Origin: an uncultured Pelagibacteraceae bacterium
GTDB taxonomy: Bacteria; Pseudomonadota; Alphaproteobacteria; Pelagibacterales; Pelagibacteraceae
Assembly: GCA_902624195.1 (NCBI GenBank)
Contig: CACNWV010000006.1
Coordinates: forward strand, 673-64,672
DNA: 64,000 nt
Reading direction: 5' to 3'
Shown in pieces: positions 1 through 11,349 of this stretch. Every line of letters starts with the position of its first letter. The first letter of the stretch is position 1. Position numbers and translations under genes: made by a program. Under the pieces are notes generated by a model, which searched no databases, was not told where the DNA came from, and saw only the letters and a program-made list of their open reading frames with translations.

Positions 1-904
1 CAAAATTTGGTGTCCTAAGCATTTCTGGCTCAGTTTTTTGAACTAAATCTCCAATATAGATAATATTGTCATTTTTTAAACAATTCATTGATCTTACTGA
101 TAGTTCCAGTTCTTCTACTCTCTTCAATAAATTTCTATTAAACTCAGGTTCAGAAGTCTTAACTTCTTTAACTACTTCTTGAGGATCCTCAAAGTTTACA
201 AACATAGAAAGTTGATCTTGAAAAATTCTTGCAGAGTATGCTATTGCGTCTTCGGCATCCACAGTTCCGTTAGTTTCTACTGTCATAACTAACTTATCAT
301 AATCTAATGCACTACCTGCTCTGGTATTTTCAACTGAAAAAGAGACCTTTTTTACTGGACTAAAAAGAGAGTCAATTGATATAAGCCCTAATGGACTATC
401 CTCAGATTTATTTTTTGGTGCCTGAACATAACCTTTTCCAGTGCTAACCATTAATTCCATATGGAAATTTGTTTTCTCGTCTAGATTACAAATTGTTTGA
501 TCTGGATTAAGAATTTCTACTTCTGGGACTAATGTAATGTCTTTGGCTTTAACTTCTTTGGGGCCTTTAATATCTAAAATAATTTTTTTTGTACTTGAAG
601 ATGAAGATTTTATCGCGAGGTTTTTTACATTTAAGACTATGTCGGTAACATCCTCTCTTACACCTTTTATTGATGAAAACTCGTGAAGCACTCCATCTAT
701 TTGAATTGCTGTGACAGCGGCTCCTTGAATTGATGAGAGGAGTATTCTTCTTAAAGAATTTCCTATTGTTTGACCAAAACCTTTTTCTAATGGTTCGGCT
801 ATTACTTTTGCTATTGTTTTATCTTCATTGCTTGTAATTTCTAATTTGTTTGGCTTGATTAAAGCTTTCCAATTTTTATCAATTATATTTGTTGTAGCTT
901 GCAT
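1..904 (-). CDS. rpoA: RNA polymerase alpha subunit (3' end runs off the window)
   Basis: Not in the ORF track. ATG at 904-902 reads [20 protein letters not shown]...[30 protein letters not shown], the RpoA N-terminal motif; directly follows rpsK. Confidence 0.97.
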   Translation of the reverse strand, partial: MQATTNIIDKNWKALIKPNKLEITSNEDKTIAKVIAEPLEKGFGQTIGNSLRRILLSSIQGAAVTAIQIDGVLHEFSSIKGVREDVTDIVLNVKNLAIKSSSSSTKKIILDIKGPKEVKAKDITLVPEVEILNPDQTICNLDEKTNFHMELMVSTGKGYVQAPKNKSEDSPLGLISIDSLFSPVKKVSFSVENTRAGSALDYDKLVMTVETNGTVDAEDAIAYSARIFQDQLSMFVNFEDPQEVVKEVKTSEPEFNRNLLKRVEELELSVRSMNCLKNDNIIYIGDLVQKTEPEMLRTPNF

Positions 905-1351
905 TTATACTCTCCTTCTTTTCGGTGGTCTTGCTCCATTATGTGGCATTGGTGTTGTGTCTCTTATTGATGTGATCTTAAAACCTCTTGATTGAAGGGA
1001 TCGTAAGGCTGTTTCACGACCAGATCCCGGACCCTTAACTTGAACTGTTAAAGTTCTTAGCCCTTGCTCATAAGCTTTTGATCCTGCATCATCAGCTGCT
1101 ATTTGCGCAGCATATGGCGTAGATTTTCTTGATCCTTTAAAACCTTTAGCTCCAGCAGATGACCAAGATACAACATTACCATTCTCGTCTGCTATAGAAA
1201 TTATAGTATTATTAAAAGTTGAGTAAACATAAGCAATTCCAGAGGTAATGTTCTTTTTTATTTTTTTCTTTTTTTTAAATGAACTTACTTTTTTAGTTTC
1301 TGTGTTTTTATTTTCAATTTTTTTTTCAACTTTTTCATTTTTTTTATTCAT
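905..1351 (-). CDS. rpsK: 30S ribosomal protein S11
   Basis: [21 protein letters not shown] and [13 protein letters not shown] motifs; alpha-operon position. Confidence 0.98.
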   Translation of the reverse strand: MNKKNEKVEKKIENKNTETKKVSSFKKKKKIKKNITSGIAYVYSTFNNTIISIADENGNVVSWSSAGAKGFKGSRKSTPYAAQIAADDAGSKAYEQGLRTLTVQVKGPGSGRETALRSLQSRGFKITSIRDTTPMPHNGARPPKRRRV

Positions 1352-1357
1352 ATAATT

Positions 1358-1741
1358 TTACTTTTTAAGTGGTGTTAATTTTTTTCCAGCTATAGCTATA
1401 GCTTTGCCTTTACGTGTTCTAGCATTACATTGAGTTCTTTGGCCTCTAACGGGTAATTTTTTTTTATGTCTAGTGCCACGATAACACGCCAGATCTACTA
1501 ATCTCTTAATGTTAACAGATACCTCTCTTCTTAAATCTCCCTCGACCTTATGATTACCGTCAATAAATTCTCTTATTTTCAAAACCTCTTCCTCACTTAA
1601 TTGATTCACTCTTTTTGAGGAGGGAATATTAAGTTTTTGGCAAATCAATTTTGAAGAATGTAAACCTATCCCGTGTATATAAGTTAATGCAATGCTAACA
1701 ATTTTGTTTTGTGGAATGTTTATTCCTGCTATACGAGCCAT
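1358..1741 (-). CDS. rpsM: 30S ribosomal protein S13
   Basis: [25 protein letters not shown]. Confidence 0.98.
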   Translation of the reverse strand: MARIAGINIPQNKIVSIALTYIHGIGLHSSKLICQKLNIPSSKRVNQLSEEEVLKIREFIDGNHKVEGDLRREVSVNIKRLVDLACYRGTRHKKKLPVRGQRTQCNARTRKGKAIAIAGKKLTPLKK

Positions 1742-1768
1742 ATTTTAATGAATTAAGTTTACTGCGTA

Positions 1769-1796
1769 TTTATATTGTGAAATCATTTAAAGTCAA
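1769..1796 (-). promoter_or_regulatory. Putative sigma70 promoter for rpsM-rpsK-rpoA (TTGACT-N16-TATAAA)
   Basis: -35 at 1796-1791 and -10 at 1774-1769, in the only sizeable gap (51 bp) of the S10-spc-alpha block. Confidence 0.55.
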
Positions 1797-2365
1797 CCCT
1801 TGATACTGTCAATTAAGCCGCTAATTTCAAGATTAATATCCGATATTCCTGCCTCACCATTTACAAGTTTGAGTAAATTTAACTTCTTATAATAAGTTAA
1901 AACCGGCTCAGAGGAAATTTCATAGTTTTTATATCTTTTAACAGCTACTTCTTCACTATCGTCTTCTCGTTTTTCAAGAGCTTGTCTTTCTGCAATTCTT
2001 TTTTTAACCGTTTCCAAGCTAACAGATAATTTAAGAACTAAGTCTATTTTTTGGTCATATTTGCTTAACAGAGTATCTAAATTTTTTGCTTGTATAATAT
2101 TTCTTGGATATCCATCAAAAATAATTTTATTCTTGTAAGACTTGTTCGAGACAAATTTTTCTATAAGATTACTTACAATTAAGTCAGAAACTAATTCTCC
2201 AGAATTCATAATGGATGAAATTTTTAAACCTAATTGAGTTTTATTTTTTATTTCGTTTCTTAAGAGTTCACCTGTAGAGAGCTGATATAAATTAAATTTT
2301 TTGACAATAAATTTTGACTGCGTGCCCTTACCAGCGCCAGGTGGCCCAAATATAACAATATTCAT
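1793..2365 (-). CDS. adk: Adenylate kinase, short (LID-reduced) type
   Basis: GPPGAGKGTQ P-loop, STGELLR, DGYPR, R.DD; follows secY. Confidence 0.96.
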   Translation of the reverse strand: MNIVIFGPPGAGKGTQSKFIVKKFNLYQLSTGELLRNEIKNKTQLGLKISSIMNSGELVSDLIVSNLIEKFVSNKSYKNKIIFDGYPRNIIQAKNLDTLLSKYDQKIDLVLKLSVSLETVKKRIAERQALEKREDDSEEVAVKRYKNYEISSEPVLTYYKKLNLLKLVNGEAGISDINLEISGLIDSIKG

Positions 2366-2371
2366 TCGTAA

Positions 2372-3676
2372 TTATTTACCAAACTTAGTTTTTTTAATTA
2401 ATGACTCATACTGAGAGCTCATTAATCTTGTTTGAACTTGAGTAACTGTATCCATTGCTACAACTACTACAATTAATATAGAAGTTCCTCCTAAATAAAA
2501 CGGTATCGGATATTTTGCGATTAAAAACTCAGGCATTAAACAAACAAAAGTTAAGTATAGAGAGCCAACTGTTGTCAAACGGATTAATATTGTATCAATA
2601 TACTCTGCAGTTCTCTCGCCAGGCCTTATTCCAGGTATATATCCTCCGTATTTTCTTAAGTTTTCGGCAGTTTCTTTTGGGTTAAAAACTATAGAAGTGT
2701 AAAAAAAAGCAAAAAATATAATTCCTGAAGCGTATAAAAGCATATAGAGAGGCTGGCCTTGAGTAAACATTGAGGAAATTTTTAAGAAAGTATCTGACTC
2801 AGCAAACCCAAAATTAGAAATTGTGATAGGCAACAATAATAAAGCTGAGGCAAATATAGCAGGAATAACCCCTGCTGTATTTATTTTAAGAGGTAAATGT
2901 GATGACTCTCCGCCATACATCTTATTTCCTACCTGTCTTTTAGGATAATTTATAAGAATTTTTCTCATTGCCCTCTCAAAAAAAACTATAAATAAAACTG
3001 TTAATATCACTAAAATAAAAATCCCGACAATCATTAGTGCTGAAAGAGCGCCTGTTCTCCCAAGTTCAAACGTTGATGCTAATGCCCTTGGTATTTCTGC
3101 AACAATTCCGGAAAAAATTATAAGTGAAATTCCGTTTCCAACTCCTCTTAAAGTTATTTGTTCTCCCAACCACATTAAAAAAGTAGTTCCAGCAACTAAA
3201 GAAATTGTCGTAATTATTCTAAACGACATTCCGGGTTCTATAACTAAGTTTCCCGCATTTTCTAATCCTACAGATACGCCATATCCTTGAAGAAATGCAA
3301 TTAGAACTGTTCCATATCTAGTAATTTGAGTAATCTTTTTTCTACCTATTTCACCTTGTTCTTTTAAGTTCTTAAAATAATCTGAAACACCAGTTAATAA
3401 CTGCACAATAATTGCAGACGATATATAAGGCATTATTCCTAGTGCAAAGATTGCCATTCTTGTAACAGCACCACCGGAAAACATGTTAAACATTCCAAGT
3501 AGTCCTTTTTGGCTTGTTGACATTATTTCTTTCAAAGCAGCAGGGTCAATACCAGATAATGGTACATAAGTGCCTAAGCGATAAATTATGAGCACCATTA
3601 CTGTAAAAAATATTCTATTTTTTAAATCTTTAGCCTGACTAAATGCACCAGCTGTATTTAATGTTTCACTAGACAT
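2372..3676 (-). CDS. secY: Preprotein translocase SecY
   Basis: IFALGIMPYISS, GVGNGISLIIF, IPGIRPG, GGTSILIVV; multiple TM helices. Confidence 0.98.
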   Translation of the reverse strand: MSSETLNTAGAFSQAKDLKNRIFFTVMVLIIYRLGTYVPLSGIDPAALKEIMSTSQKGLLGMFNMFSGGAVTRMAIFALGIMPYISSAIIVQLLTGVSDYFKNLKEQGEIGRKKITQITRYGTVLIAFLQGYGVSVGLENAGNLVIEPGMSFRIITTISLVAGTTFLMWLGEQITLRGVGNGISLIIFSGIVAEIPRALASTFELGRTGALSALMIVGIFILVILTVLFIVFFERAMRKILINYPKRQVGNKMYGGESSHLPLKINTAGVIPAIFASALLLLPITISNFGFAESDTFLKISSMFTQGQPLYMLLYASGIIFFAFFYTSIVFNPKETAENLRKYGGYIPGIRPGERTAEYIDTILIRLTTVGSLYLTFVCLMPEFLIAKYPIPFYLGGTSILIVVVVAMDTVTQVQTRLMSSQYESLIKKTKFGK

Positions 3677-3682
3677 AAATTA

Positions 3683-4129
3683 TTATTTTTTCAGTATATT
3701 TAATTTTCCACCTGCTTTTTCAATTTTAACTAAAGCTTGTTTAGAAACAAAGTGGGCAGAAATTTCTAGATTTTTTTTGATTTCACCAGTTCCCAAAATT
3801 TTAAGCTTTGAAATTTTTTTTCCTATTAAGTTTTTCTCTTTCAAAATGGTTAAATCTAAATTATTAGAAATATTATTTTTTTCTAAAATTTTTTGAATTT
3901 TTGATAAATTCAAAATTGCAGTATTTTTTTTGTTGAAAGATTTAAAACCTCTTTTTGGCAATCTTCTATACAAAGGCATCTGACCACCTTCAAAACTTTT
4001 GATCGCAACGCCTGATCTAGATTTTTGACCTTTGTGACCTCTAGCTGAAGTTTTTCCTTTACCAGAGCCGATTCCTCTACCAACTCTAATTTTTTTTTTA
4101 TTATTCTTTATTAACTTGTTTAAAGACAT
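3683..4129 (-). CDS. rplO: 50S ribosomal protein L15
   Basis: RVGRGIGSGKGKT, FEGGQMPLYRRLPKRGF. Confidence 0.98.
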   Translation of the reverse strand: MSLNKLIKNNKKKIRVGRGIGSGKGKTSARGHKGQKSRSGVAIKSFEGGQMPLYRRLPKRGFKSFNKKNTAILNLSKIQKILEKNNISNNLDLTILKEKNLIGKKISKLKILGTGEIKKNLEISAHFVSKQALVKIEKAGGKLNILKK

Positions 4130-4647
4130 TATTTGCCCTCTCTTTTTAAAACAATTTCAGAAATTTTTTTACCTCTGATTGTTGATAAAATTTTTGGTGA
4201 ATTTTGCGATTTAAGACCATTTACACAGGCTTTTAAAACATTATGAGGATTAGCTGATCCTAGTGATTTTGCAACAACATCTTGTATACCCAAAACTTCA
4301 CAAACAGATCTTATAGCACCCCCAGCGATTATACCAGTACCAGCAGGTGCAGATCTTAAAAAAACTTTTCCCGATCCGTTCTTTCCTTTTACATCATGAT
4401 GAAGAGTCCTACCGTCTTTAAGTGGAATTTTGATAAGATTTCTTTTAGCGTTTTCCGTTGCTTTTTTTATAGCGTCAGGAACTTGTTTTGACTTTCCTTG
4501 ACCAATTCCTATCGAACCTTTTTGATTTCCAACAACAACTAAAGCTGCAAAACCAAATCTTCTCCCTCCTTTAACAACTTTAGTAATTCTATTTATTGCT
4601 ACAAGTTTTTCTTTAATATCACTTTCAATTTTTTTGTTTTCTACCAT
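4129..4647 (-). CDS. rpsE: 30S ribosomal protein S5
   Basis: [29 protein letters not shown]. Confidence 0.98.
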   Translation of the reverse strand: MVENKKIESDIKEKLVAINRITKVVKGGRRFGFAALVVVGNQKGSIGIGQGKSKQVPDAIKKATENAKRNLIKIPLKDGRTLHHDVKGKNGSGKVFLRSAPAGTGIIAGGAIRSVCEVLGIQDVVAKSLGSANPHNVLKACVNGLKSQNSPKILSTIRGKKISEIVLKREGK

Positions 4648-4648
4648 A

Positions 4649-5002
4649 TCAAAATTTTAATCCATTTTTTCTTAACGTTTCAGCAAAAACTTTAAGTCTT
4701 CCATGATATTTATTTTCTCCACGGTCAAAATAAACTTCATTAATATTTTTATCCTTAGCTCTTTTTGCCAAAGTTTCGCCTACTAAAGTCGACTTATCAA
4801 TTTTTTTTACTTTTTTAGCTTTCATATCTTTTTCAATTGATGAAGCTGATACTATAGTTTTCCCTTGTTTATCATCAATAATTTGTGCTGATAGATTATT
4901 TAATGATTTAGAAACTGAGATTCTCAATCTGTTAACATTAACCTGTTTTAATTTTTTTCTGTTTCTTAATTTTCTTTTAGTTTTATTAAGAATTTTTTTC
5001 AT
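4649..5002 (-). CDS. rplR: 50S ribosomal protein L18
   Basis: AQIIDD, VYFDRG..KYHGR; spc-operon position. Confidence 0.96.
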   Translation of the reverse strand: MKKILNKTKRKLRNRKKLKQVNVNRLRISVSKSLNNLSAQIIDDKQGKTIVSASSIEKDMKAKKVKKIDKSTLVGETLAKRAKDKNINEVYFDRGENKYHGRLKVFAETLRKNGLKF

Positions 5003-5544
5003 TATTTTTTCTTCCCTTCTTTTCTCAATATAAATTGTCCCTTTTCTCTTATTCCCTTAGCTTTGTAGGGTTCAACAGGTTTTAAACTTTTAATATCTGC
5101 AGCAATTTTAGAAACTAGTTCTTTATCAACACCATTTATTTTTATTGTAGTTTGCTTTTCTACTGTAATTTTAATTTCCTTGGGTATTTTGAAGTTAACA
5201 TCATGGCTAAATCCAATCTGCAGATTCAAAATATCTCCTTTTAAATTAGCTCTGAAACCTACTCCATTTAACTCTAATATTTTTTCATGTCCCTGTGATA
5301 CACCTGTAACAGCATTATTTACAAGACTTCTAAAAGTGCCCCATAAAATCGATATCTTTTTATCAATTTTTTTCTCTTTTGGTTCAATCATAAACTGACT
5401 TTCATTTAACTTTGACGAAAAAATTTTTTCATTAATCGTTAGTTTTTTCGTTCCTTTAGGTCCTGTAATGGTTAAATTTGCACCCTCAATTTTAATTGAA
5501 GAATCTTTTGGTATAGTAATATTTTTTTTTCCGATTTTTGACAT
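5002..5544 (-). CDS. rplF: 50S ribosomal protein L6
   Basis: MSKIGKK, GVGFRA, EPYKAKGI, RKEGKKK. Confidence 0.97.
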   Translation of the reverse strand: MSKIGKKNITIPKDSSIKIEGANLTITGPKGTKKLTINEKIFSSKLNESQFMIEPKEKKIDKKISILWGTFRSLVNNAVTGVSQGHEKILELNGVGFRANLKGDILNLQIGFSHDVNFKIPKEIKITVEKQTTIKINGVDKELVSKIAADIKSLKPVEPYKAKGIREKGQFILRKEGKKK

Positions 5545-5942
5545 TAGAACACCCTACAAATTATTTCTCCACCGATATTATTTTTCTTTGCCTCAGCATC
5601 ACTCATGACACCTTTCGGGGTAGACAATATAGATAAACCCAGACCATTCATGACTTTTGGTATACTGGCTGCTCTAGAATATACTCTTCGACCAGGCTTT
5701 GAAATTCTTTTAATTTCTTTAATGACAGGTTGACCTTCATAATATTTAAGTGAAACTTTTAAAGTAATTTTATTATTTTCACTTTTTTCAATAAAATAAT
5801 CTTTTATATAACCTTCATTTTTTAAAATTTCTAAAATATTTTTTCTAAAGTTTGATGATGGTATTATTATTGAATTTAAAAAACGTAATTGTCCATTTCT
5901 TATTCTTGAAAACATATCTCCTATTGGGTCAGTAAATGTCAT
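5544..5942 (-). CDS. rpsH: 30S ribosomal protein S8
   Basis: DPIGDMFSRIRN, ISKPGRRVY, STPKGVM, GGEIIC. Confidence 0.98.
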   Translation of the reverse strand: MTFTDPIGDMFSRIRNGQLRFLNSIIIPSSNFRKNILEILKNEGYIKDYFIEKSENNKITLKVSLKYYEGQPVIKEIKRISKPGRRVYSRAASIPKVMNGLGLSILSTPKGVMSDAEAKKNNIGGEIICRVF

Positions 5943-5949
5943 AATTCTC

Positions 5950-6255
5950 CTACCAGCTCGATTTAGTTATTCCGGGAATCTTTCCTGCAGATGCCATATC
6001 TCTCAATGCAATTCTCGAAATTCTTAATTTACGATATACTCCGTGAGGTCTTCCAGAAACTTCACATCGATTTCTAATTCTAATTTTTGAAGAGTTTTTT
6101 GGTAACTTGTTTAATTTTAGTTGCGCTGCAAACCTTTCAGATAATTCAAGTTTTTTATTATTTATTATTTTTTTAAGTTCAGCTCTTTTTTTTGCATATT
6201 TCTTTACAAGCTTAATTCTTTTCAAATTTTTTTGTATTGAACTAGTTTTTGCCAT
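5950..6255 (-). CDS. rpsN: 30S ribosomal protein S14 (long, zinc-independent type)
   Basis: [21 protein letters not shown]; 101 aa with a single Cys. Confidence 0.97.
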   Translation of the reverse strand: MAKTSSIQKNLKRIKLVKKYAKKRAELKKIINNKKLELSERFAAQLKLNKLPKNSSKIRIRNRCEVSGRPHGVYRKLRISRIALRDMASAGKIPGITKSSW

Positions 6256-6262
6256 TATCTCC

Positions 6263-6820
6263 TCAATTTTTGTTTTTGGTTAATGGGAAATTGAATTCTT
6301 TTAATAATTCCAATGTCCCTGATTTACTTTTACTCGAAGTAACTATTGTGATGTCCATTCCTCTTATTTTTTCAACTTTATCAAAATTGACTTCTGGAAA
6401 AATAATGTGCTCTTTAATACCGAAAGAAAAATTGTTAGAATTGTCGATACCTTTAGAAGAAAGACCTCTAAAATCTTTTATCCTAGGTAAAGCAATATTT
6501 ACTAATCTGTCAATAAATTCATACATTTTAAAAGATCTTAATGTGACTTTAATCCCTGCATTTGATCCTTTTCTTGTTTTAAAGTTTGAAATTGATTTTT
6601 TAAATTTTGTTATAACTGGTTTTTGGCCAGCTATTAGAGCCATGTCATCTGCGCAAGCTTTAAGTTTTTTTCCATCAGCTCCGTCTTCACCTAAACCCAT
6701 ATTAAGAATTATCTTCTCTATTTTAGGAACTTCATGCTTATTTTTTAATGAAAGTTTGCTCATTAATTTTGAAGTTATTTCTTTCTCGTATGTTTTTTTT
6801 AATCTTGGTATCATAATCAT
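6263..6820 (-). CDS. rplE: 50S ribosomal protein L5
   Basis: [35 protein letters not shown]. Confidence 0.97.
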   Translation of the reverse strand: MIMIPRLKKTYEKEITSKLMSKLSLKNKHEVPKIEKIILNMGLGEDGADGKKLKACADDMALIAGQKPVITKFKKSISNFKTRKGSNAGIKVTLRSFKMYEFIDRLVNIALPRIKDFRGLSSKGIDNSNNFSFGIKEHIIFPEVNFDKVEKIRGMDITIVTSSKSKSGTLELLKEFNFPLTKNKN

Positions 6821-7065
6821 TTATTTACTATTTTTTTCTCTTTTTTTTTTACATCGATATTTTTTACGTTTGATTGATGTATAAAACCTTCTTTTGAAAT
6901 TATACCACCTTTATTTTCCTTTGTTGGTTTTAAGTGTTTTTTATTCATACATATAGATTTTATTTTTACCTTATTTAATTTTCTATTAATCTCTAAAATT
7001 TCTCCAGTTTTACCTTTGTCTTTACCTGAGATAACTTTTACTTGAGTTCCTTTTTTTAAAATCAT
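6817..7065 (-). CDS. rplX: 50S ribosomal protein L24 (short, 82 aa)
   Basis: KOW motif KKGTQVKVISGKDKGKTG, GGII..E..IH.SNV; lies between rplN and rplE. Confidence 0.93.
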   Translation of the reverse strand: MILKKGTQVKVISGKDKGKTGEILEINRKLNKVKIKSICMNKKHLKPTKENKGGIISKEGFIHQSNVKNIDVKKKEKKIVNK

Positions 7066-7066
7066 C

Positions 7067-7435
7067 TTAAAGTACCTCCGGTGCTAGTGAAATTATTTTA
7101 GTATGACCTTTTGATCTTAATTCTCTAGTTACAGGCCCAAAAATCCTAGTTCCAATAGGTTCACCTTTTTCATCAGTTAATACAACTGCATTAGTATCAA
7201 ATTGAACTTTAGAACCATCATCTCTGTAAATTTCTTTTTTAGTTCTAACCACAACTGCTTTATGCACTGCACCTTTCTTTACTTTACCCTTTGGAATGGC
7301 ATCTTTGACACTAATTACAATAATGTCTCCTACTGAAGCATATCTTCGCTTTGATCCACCTAAAACTTTAATACACTCCACTCTTTTGGCTCCTGTATTG
7401 TCAGCAACTAATAATTCTGTTTGAATTTGGATCAT
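7067..7435 (-). CDS. rplN: 50S ribosomal protein L14
   Basis: [32 protein letters not shown]; start moved to the ATG at 7435 that overlaps the rpsQ stop. Confidence 0.97.
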   Translation of the reverse strand: MIQIQTELLVADNTGAKRVECIKVLGGSKRRYASVGDIIVISVKDAIPKGKVKKGAVHKAVVVRTKKEIYRDDGSKVQFDTNAVVLTDEKGEPIGTRIFGPVTRELRSKGHTKIISLAPEVL

Positions 7436-7662
7436 TATTCTAGTACCTGCCATGTTTTCTTTTTTGAAATAGGTTTACACTCAATAATTGAAACGTTTTG
7501 TCCTTCTTTAAATTTGTTATTTTCATCATGGGCATGATATTTTTTTGACCTTTTAATAACTTTTTCATAAAAAGGATGTTTAAATTTTCTAGTTACTTCA
7601 ACTACAATTGTTTTGTTGCTTTTTGCGCTTTTAACTACTCCTTTTAATATTTTTTTTGTCAT
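7435..7662 (-). CDS. rpsQ: 30S ribosomal protein S17
   Basis: [26 protein letters not shown]. Confidence 0.97.
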   Translation of the reverse strand: MTKKILKGVVKSAKSNKTIVVEVTRKFKHPFYEKVIKRSKKYHAHDENNKFKEGQNVSIIECKPISKKKTWQVLE

Positions 7663-7847
7663 TTTGAATTTTTTATTGTTGTATATAATCTAGCTATACT
7701 TTTTTTAATTTGGCTGTATTGCGCTGGATTATTTATTTGGTTGTTAATTTTTTTAAAACGAATGTTAAAAAGATCCTTTTTTAAAGCTAAAATTTTCTTT
7801 TCAGCTTGATCTTTAGTCATTTTTTTTTCTTCTCTTTTTTTACTCAT
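7659..7847 (-). CDS. rpmC: 50S ribosomal protein L29
   Basis: [20 protein letters not shown]; lies between rplP and rpsQ. Confidence 0.92.
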   Translation of the reverse strand: MSKKREEKKMTKDQAEKKILALKKDLFNIRFKKINNQINNPAQYSQIKKSIARLYTTIKNSK

Positions 7848-8251
7848 TATCTTTTTATAAATTTTGTTTTAATTGGTAATTTTGCTGAAGCTTTATAAAG
7901 AGCCTCTCTGGCAACGTCTTCTGAAACACCATCAATTTCAAAAATAATTCTTCCAGGTTTCACTCTGCACGCGTAATACTCTGGGGATCCTTTACCTTTT
8001 CCCATTCTAACTTCTGTTGGTTTTTTTGAAACTGGAATATTTGGAAAAATTCTTGTCCAGACTTTACCAGTTCTTTTCATATATCTTGTTAACGCGACTC
8101 TCGCTGCTTCTATTTGTTTTCCAATTATTCTTTCGGGTTCAACAGCTTTTAAGCCAAATTGTCCATAGTTCAATTTTATAGCCCTAGTAGCTTTTCCGTG
8201 AATTCTACCTTTAAATGCTTTTCTAAACTTAGTTCTTACTGGTTGTAGCAT
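7847..8251 (-). CDS. rplP: 50S ribosomal protein L16
   Basis: [25 protein letters not shown]. Confidence 0.98.
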   Translation of the reverse strand: MLQPVRTKFRKAFKGRIHGKATRAIKLNYGQFGLKAVEPERIIGKQIEAARVALTRYMKRTGKVWTRIFPNIPVSKKPTEVRMGKGKGSPEYYACRVKPGRIIFEIDGVSEDVAREALYKASAKLPIKTKFIKR

Positions 8252-8915
8252 TTTTAACCCTTTCCTTCTTTTCTTTTTCGACGTCTTTTGCCATTAATTC
8301 ACCTTTATAAATCCAAACTTTAACACCTATAATTCCATAAGTTGTTAAAGCCTCCGCAAAACCATAATCAATATCTGCTCGAAGTGTATGAGAAGGGATA
8401 CTCCCTTCTCTCAACCATTCTGTTCTTGCTATTTCATTTCCAGCTAACCTACCGCTTAACATTACCTTAATCCCTTTTGCATTTAATCTCATTGCCGATT
8501 GCATTGCTCTCTTCATAGCTCTTCTGTAAGCTACTCTTTTTACTAATTGCTGAGCAATATTTTCTGCGACTAGATTTGAGTTTAGTTCTGGTTTCTTTAT
8601 TTCTTTAATATTTACGTTCACATCACTATCAGTAATTTTCATTATATTTTTCTTTATTTTTTCTATATCTGCACCCTTTTTACCAATTACAAAGCCCGGC
8701 CTTGAAGTGTTTATTGAAACAGTACATTTCTTAGAAGATCTCTCTATAATAATTTCTGATACTCCTGAATTCACGATATTTTTTTTTATATAGTTTCTAA
8801 TTTTAAAATCCTCAATCAAAAACTTTCCAAAATCTCTTTTTTTAGCAAACCACGTCGAGTCCCAACCTCTATTAATGCCAAGTCTTAAACCTATTGGATT
8901 TATTTTTTGTCCCAT
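8229..8915 (-). CDS. rpsC: 30S ribosomal protein S3
   Basis: [44 protein letters not shown]. Confidence 0.98.
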   Translation of the reverse strand: MGQKINPIGLRLGINRGWDSTWFAKKRDFGKFLIEDFKIRNYIKKNIVNSGVSEIIIERSSKKCTVSINTSRPGFVIGKKGADIEKIKKNIMKITDSDVNVNIKEIKKPELNSNLVAENIAQQLVKRVAYRRAMKRAMQSAMRLNAKGIKVMLSGRLAGNEIARTEWLREGSIPSHTLRADIDYGFAEALTTYGIIGVKVWIYKGELMAKDVEKEKKERVKNATTSKN

Positions 8916-9274
8916 TATTTTTTACCTTTTTTTTCCTCTAAAATTATAGTCAATCGACTGTATGGTTTTTTTATAGGGCTAGCTCTACCTTTTGCTCTAG
9001 GTCTATATCTTTTCATAACAATCGACTTACCTACAAATGCTTCTTTTACAAACAAGTTGTCTATATCAAATTGATAATTATTTTCTGCATTAGAGATTGC
9101 TGATTTGACTGTTTTACTGACATCTTTAGCAACTTTTTTTCTAGTAAACTCAAGATCTTTCAAAGCGATATCAGCTTTCTTTCCTTTTATAAAACTACAA
9201 ACTAACGATAGTTTTCTAGGACTTGTTCTAACATTCTTATTAATTGCTCTAACTGTTGTGATATTTTTTTCCAT
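8915..9274 (-). CDS. rplV: 50S ribosomal protein L22
   Basis: [23 protein letters not shown]. Confidence 0.97.
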   Translation of the reverse strand: MEKNITTVRAINKNVRTSPRKLSLVCSFIKGKKADIALKDLEFTRKKVAKDVSKTVKSAISNAENNYQFDIDNLFVKEAFVGKSIVMKRYRPRAKGRASPIKKPYSRLTIILEEKKGKK

Positions 9275-9597
9275 TATTTCTTATCTCCAGCTGCTGGTTT
9301 TGTTTCTGAAGTAGCCGATGTTGCAGCAGCCTTTTTATCCGCTGGTGTGTGTCCCTTAAAGGTTCTTGTTGGAGCAAACTCACCTAGTTTATGTCCAACC
9401 ATTTCTTCTGATATGGTAATAGGGATAAATGATTTACCATTATGTATCATAAAGCTGTGTCCAACAAAGTCTGGAATAATTGTTGAATTTCTTGACCATG
9501 TTTTTATAGGTTTTTTACTAGACCCATCTTTTAATTTATCAATCTTTTTTAATAAACTTGGATGTACAAATGGTCCTTTCCAAACAGATCTAGTCAT
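9274..9597 (-). CDS. rpsS: 30S ribosomal protein S19
   Basis: [27 protein letters not shown]; Ala/Thr/Lys-rich C-terminal tail. Confidence 0.98.
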   Translation of the reverse strand: MTRSVWKGPFVHPSLLKKIDKLKDGSSKKPIKTWSRNSTIIPDFVGHSFMIHNGKSFIPITISEEMVGHKLGEFAPTRTFKGHTPADKKAAATSATSETKPAAGDKK

Positions 9598-10430
9598 TAT
9601 TTGTTCCTTTTCTTTCTTCTAGTGATTATTAATTTATCACTTCTTTTCGGTCTTCTTGTTTTTAAGCCTTTTGCTGACTGACCCCAAGGAGAAACTGGAC
9701 TTCTACCTCCAGAAGTTTTTCCTTCTCCACCACCGTGCGGGTGATCTACAGGATTCATGGCAACTCCCCTTGTTTGTGGTCTTTTACCTCTCCATCTATT
9801 TCTACCGGCTTTTCCAATTTTTATATTTTTTTGGTCTGGGTTAGAAACAATACCTATGGTACCTACACAGGCACTACTGACTTTTCTCGTTTCGCCAGAC
9901 GCTAATTTCAAGATCGCATAATCACCGTCGTAACCCGAAAGTGTTACAGAAGATCCTGCTGACCTAGCTAACTTAGCGCCATTACCTGGAATTAATTCAA
10001 CATTGTGTAAAGATGTTCCTGGAGGAATATCTCTCAATTCTAATGTATTTCCTATTTTAATCTCAGCATTTTTTCCAGATTCGATTACATCACCTTGTTT
10101 CAGTCCTTGAGGGCAAATTATATAAGATTTTTCATTATCTTTATAATTTATTAAAGCAATGTAAGCTGTTCTATTTGGATCGTATTCTATTCTAACTACA
10201 GTAGCAGGCATATTTTTTTTCTTTCTATAGAAATCAACAATTCTATATTTGTGTTTTGACCCACCACCAATATGCCTTGAGGTAATCCGCCCATTATTAT
10301 TTCTTCCACCAGTAAAATTTTGACCTCTTGTAAGAGGTTTATAAGGTGCACCTTTCCATAAACTACTCTTGTCAATAACGACCGTTCCTCTCGTAGATTT
10401 TGTGTAGGGTTTAAAAGTTTTTAATGCCAT
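9597..10430 (-). CDS. rplB: 50S ribosomal protein L2
   Basis: [33 protein letters not shown]. Confidence 0.99.
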   Translation of the reverse strand: MALKTFKPYTKSTRGTVVIDKSSLWKGAPYKPLTRGQNFTGGRNNNGRITSRHIGGGSKHKYRIVDFYRKKKNMPATVVRIEYDPNRTAYIALINYKDNEKSYIICPQGLKQGDVIESGKNAEIKIGNTLELRDIPPGTSLHNVELIPGNGAKLARSAGSSVTLSGYDGDYAILKLASGETRKVSSACVGTIGIVSNPDQKNIKIGKAGRNRWRGKRPQTRGVAMNPVDHPHGGGEGKTSGGRSPVSPWGQSAKGLKTRRPKRSDKLIITRRKKRNK

Positions 10431-10433
10431 AAA

Positions 10434-10727
10434 TTATATTCCTGTAGTCAGGTCAATGCTTTGACCTTTTTTTAAGGTAATGATTGCTTTTTTATAACCT
10501 GTTTTGAAAGATTTTTTACCTTGTCTTAATTTCATTTTCGATTTTTTATTAATGATGTTGACTTTAACTACATTTACTTTGAATAATTTTTCAATATTCT
10601 TTTTAATTGTAAATTTATTAGCTTTTTCATGAACTTTGAAAACTGTTTTATTCTGCTCAGACAAAATTGTAGCTTTCTCTGTAATTATTGGATTTCTAAT
10701 GGAGTCTATATAGTTAATTTTTTTCAT
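10434..10727 (-). CDS. rplW: 50S ribosomal protein L23
   Basis: PIITEKA, KKAIITL. Confidence 0.96.
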   Translation of the reverse strand: MKKINYIDSIRNPIITEKATILSEQNKTVFKVHEKANKFTIKKNIEKLFKVNVVKVNIINKKSKMKLRQGKKSFKTGYKKAIITLKKGQSIDLTTGI

Positions 10728-11349
10728 TTAAAATTCTTTCTTGTATTTTCTTCGCAGAAGATGAGGTAATGACAATATTTTTGTATTTAAAAAGATCATA
10801 AACGTTTGTTCCCTCATCATTTATCAATTTAATATTCTTAATGTTTCTTGCTGATTTGTTTATATTTTTTAAAGAGTCTTTATCTGAAATTATCAATACA
10901 TTCATTAAATTATTTTTAATTAAAAATTTATTGAATTCTTTAGTCTTTTTAATTTCTTTTTTAACATCTGCCAAAATATGCAAACTTTTATCTAAATGTT
11001 TTTTTGATAAAGACTGAGCTAATGCTAATTTCCTAACTTTTTTATTTATTTTTTTTATTTTGTAAACGGCACCTTTCGGACCATGGGCTACACCTCCACC
11101 AACAAACAATGGTGCTTTTTTACTAGCATGTCTTGCGCCACCGCTACCTTTTTGAGCTACAATTTTTCTAGTGGACCCCTTAACTTGATTTCTTTGTTTT
11201 GTTTTAGCAACTCTTGGTTTCGAATGATTTAGCTGCCAATCAATAACATATTTAATTAATTTATGGTTAACCTTAAGATTAACTAATTTGTCAGAAATCT
11301 CGATAGTATTTGTCTTAGATCCATCAATATTAAGAAGAGGAAGTTTCAT
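10714..11349 (-). CDS. rplD: 50S ribosomal protein L4
   Basis: QKGSGGARH, GGGVAHGPK, KINKKVR. Confidence 0.97.
   Translation of the reverse strand: MKLPLLNIDGSKTNTIEISDKLVNLKVNHKLIKYVIDWQLNHSKPRVAKTKQRNQVKGSTRKIVAQKGSGGARHASKKAPLFVGGGVAHGPKGAVYKIKKINKKVRKLALAQSLSKKHLDKSLHILADVKKEIKKTKEFNKFLIKNNLMNVLIISDKDSLKNINKSARNIKNIKLINDEGTNVYDLFKYKNIVITSSSAKKIQERILNEKN

Noticed and set aside
1250-1350. Long poly-T/poly-A tracts (here and e.g. near 6840, 27832 and 57454) as phase-variation sites
   Set aside because: Explained by Lys/Phe codons and overall AT richness; reading frames are intact
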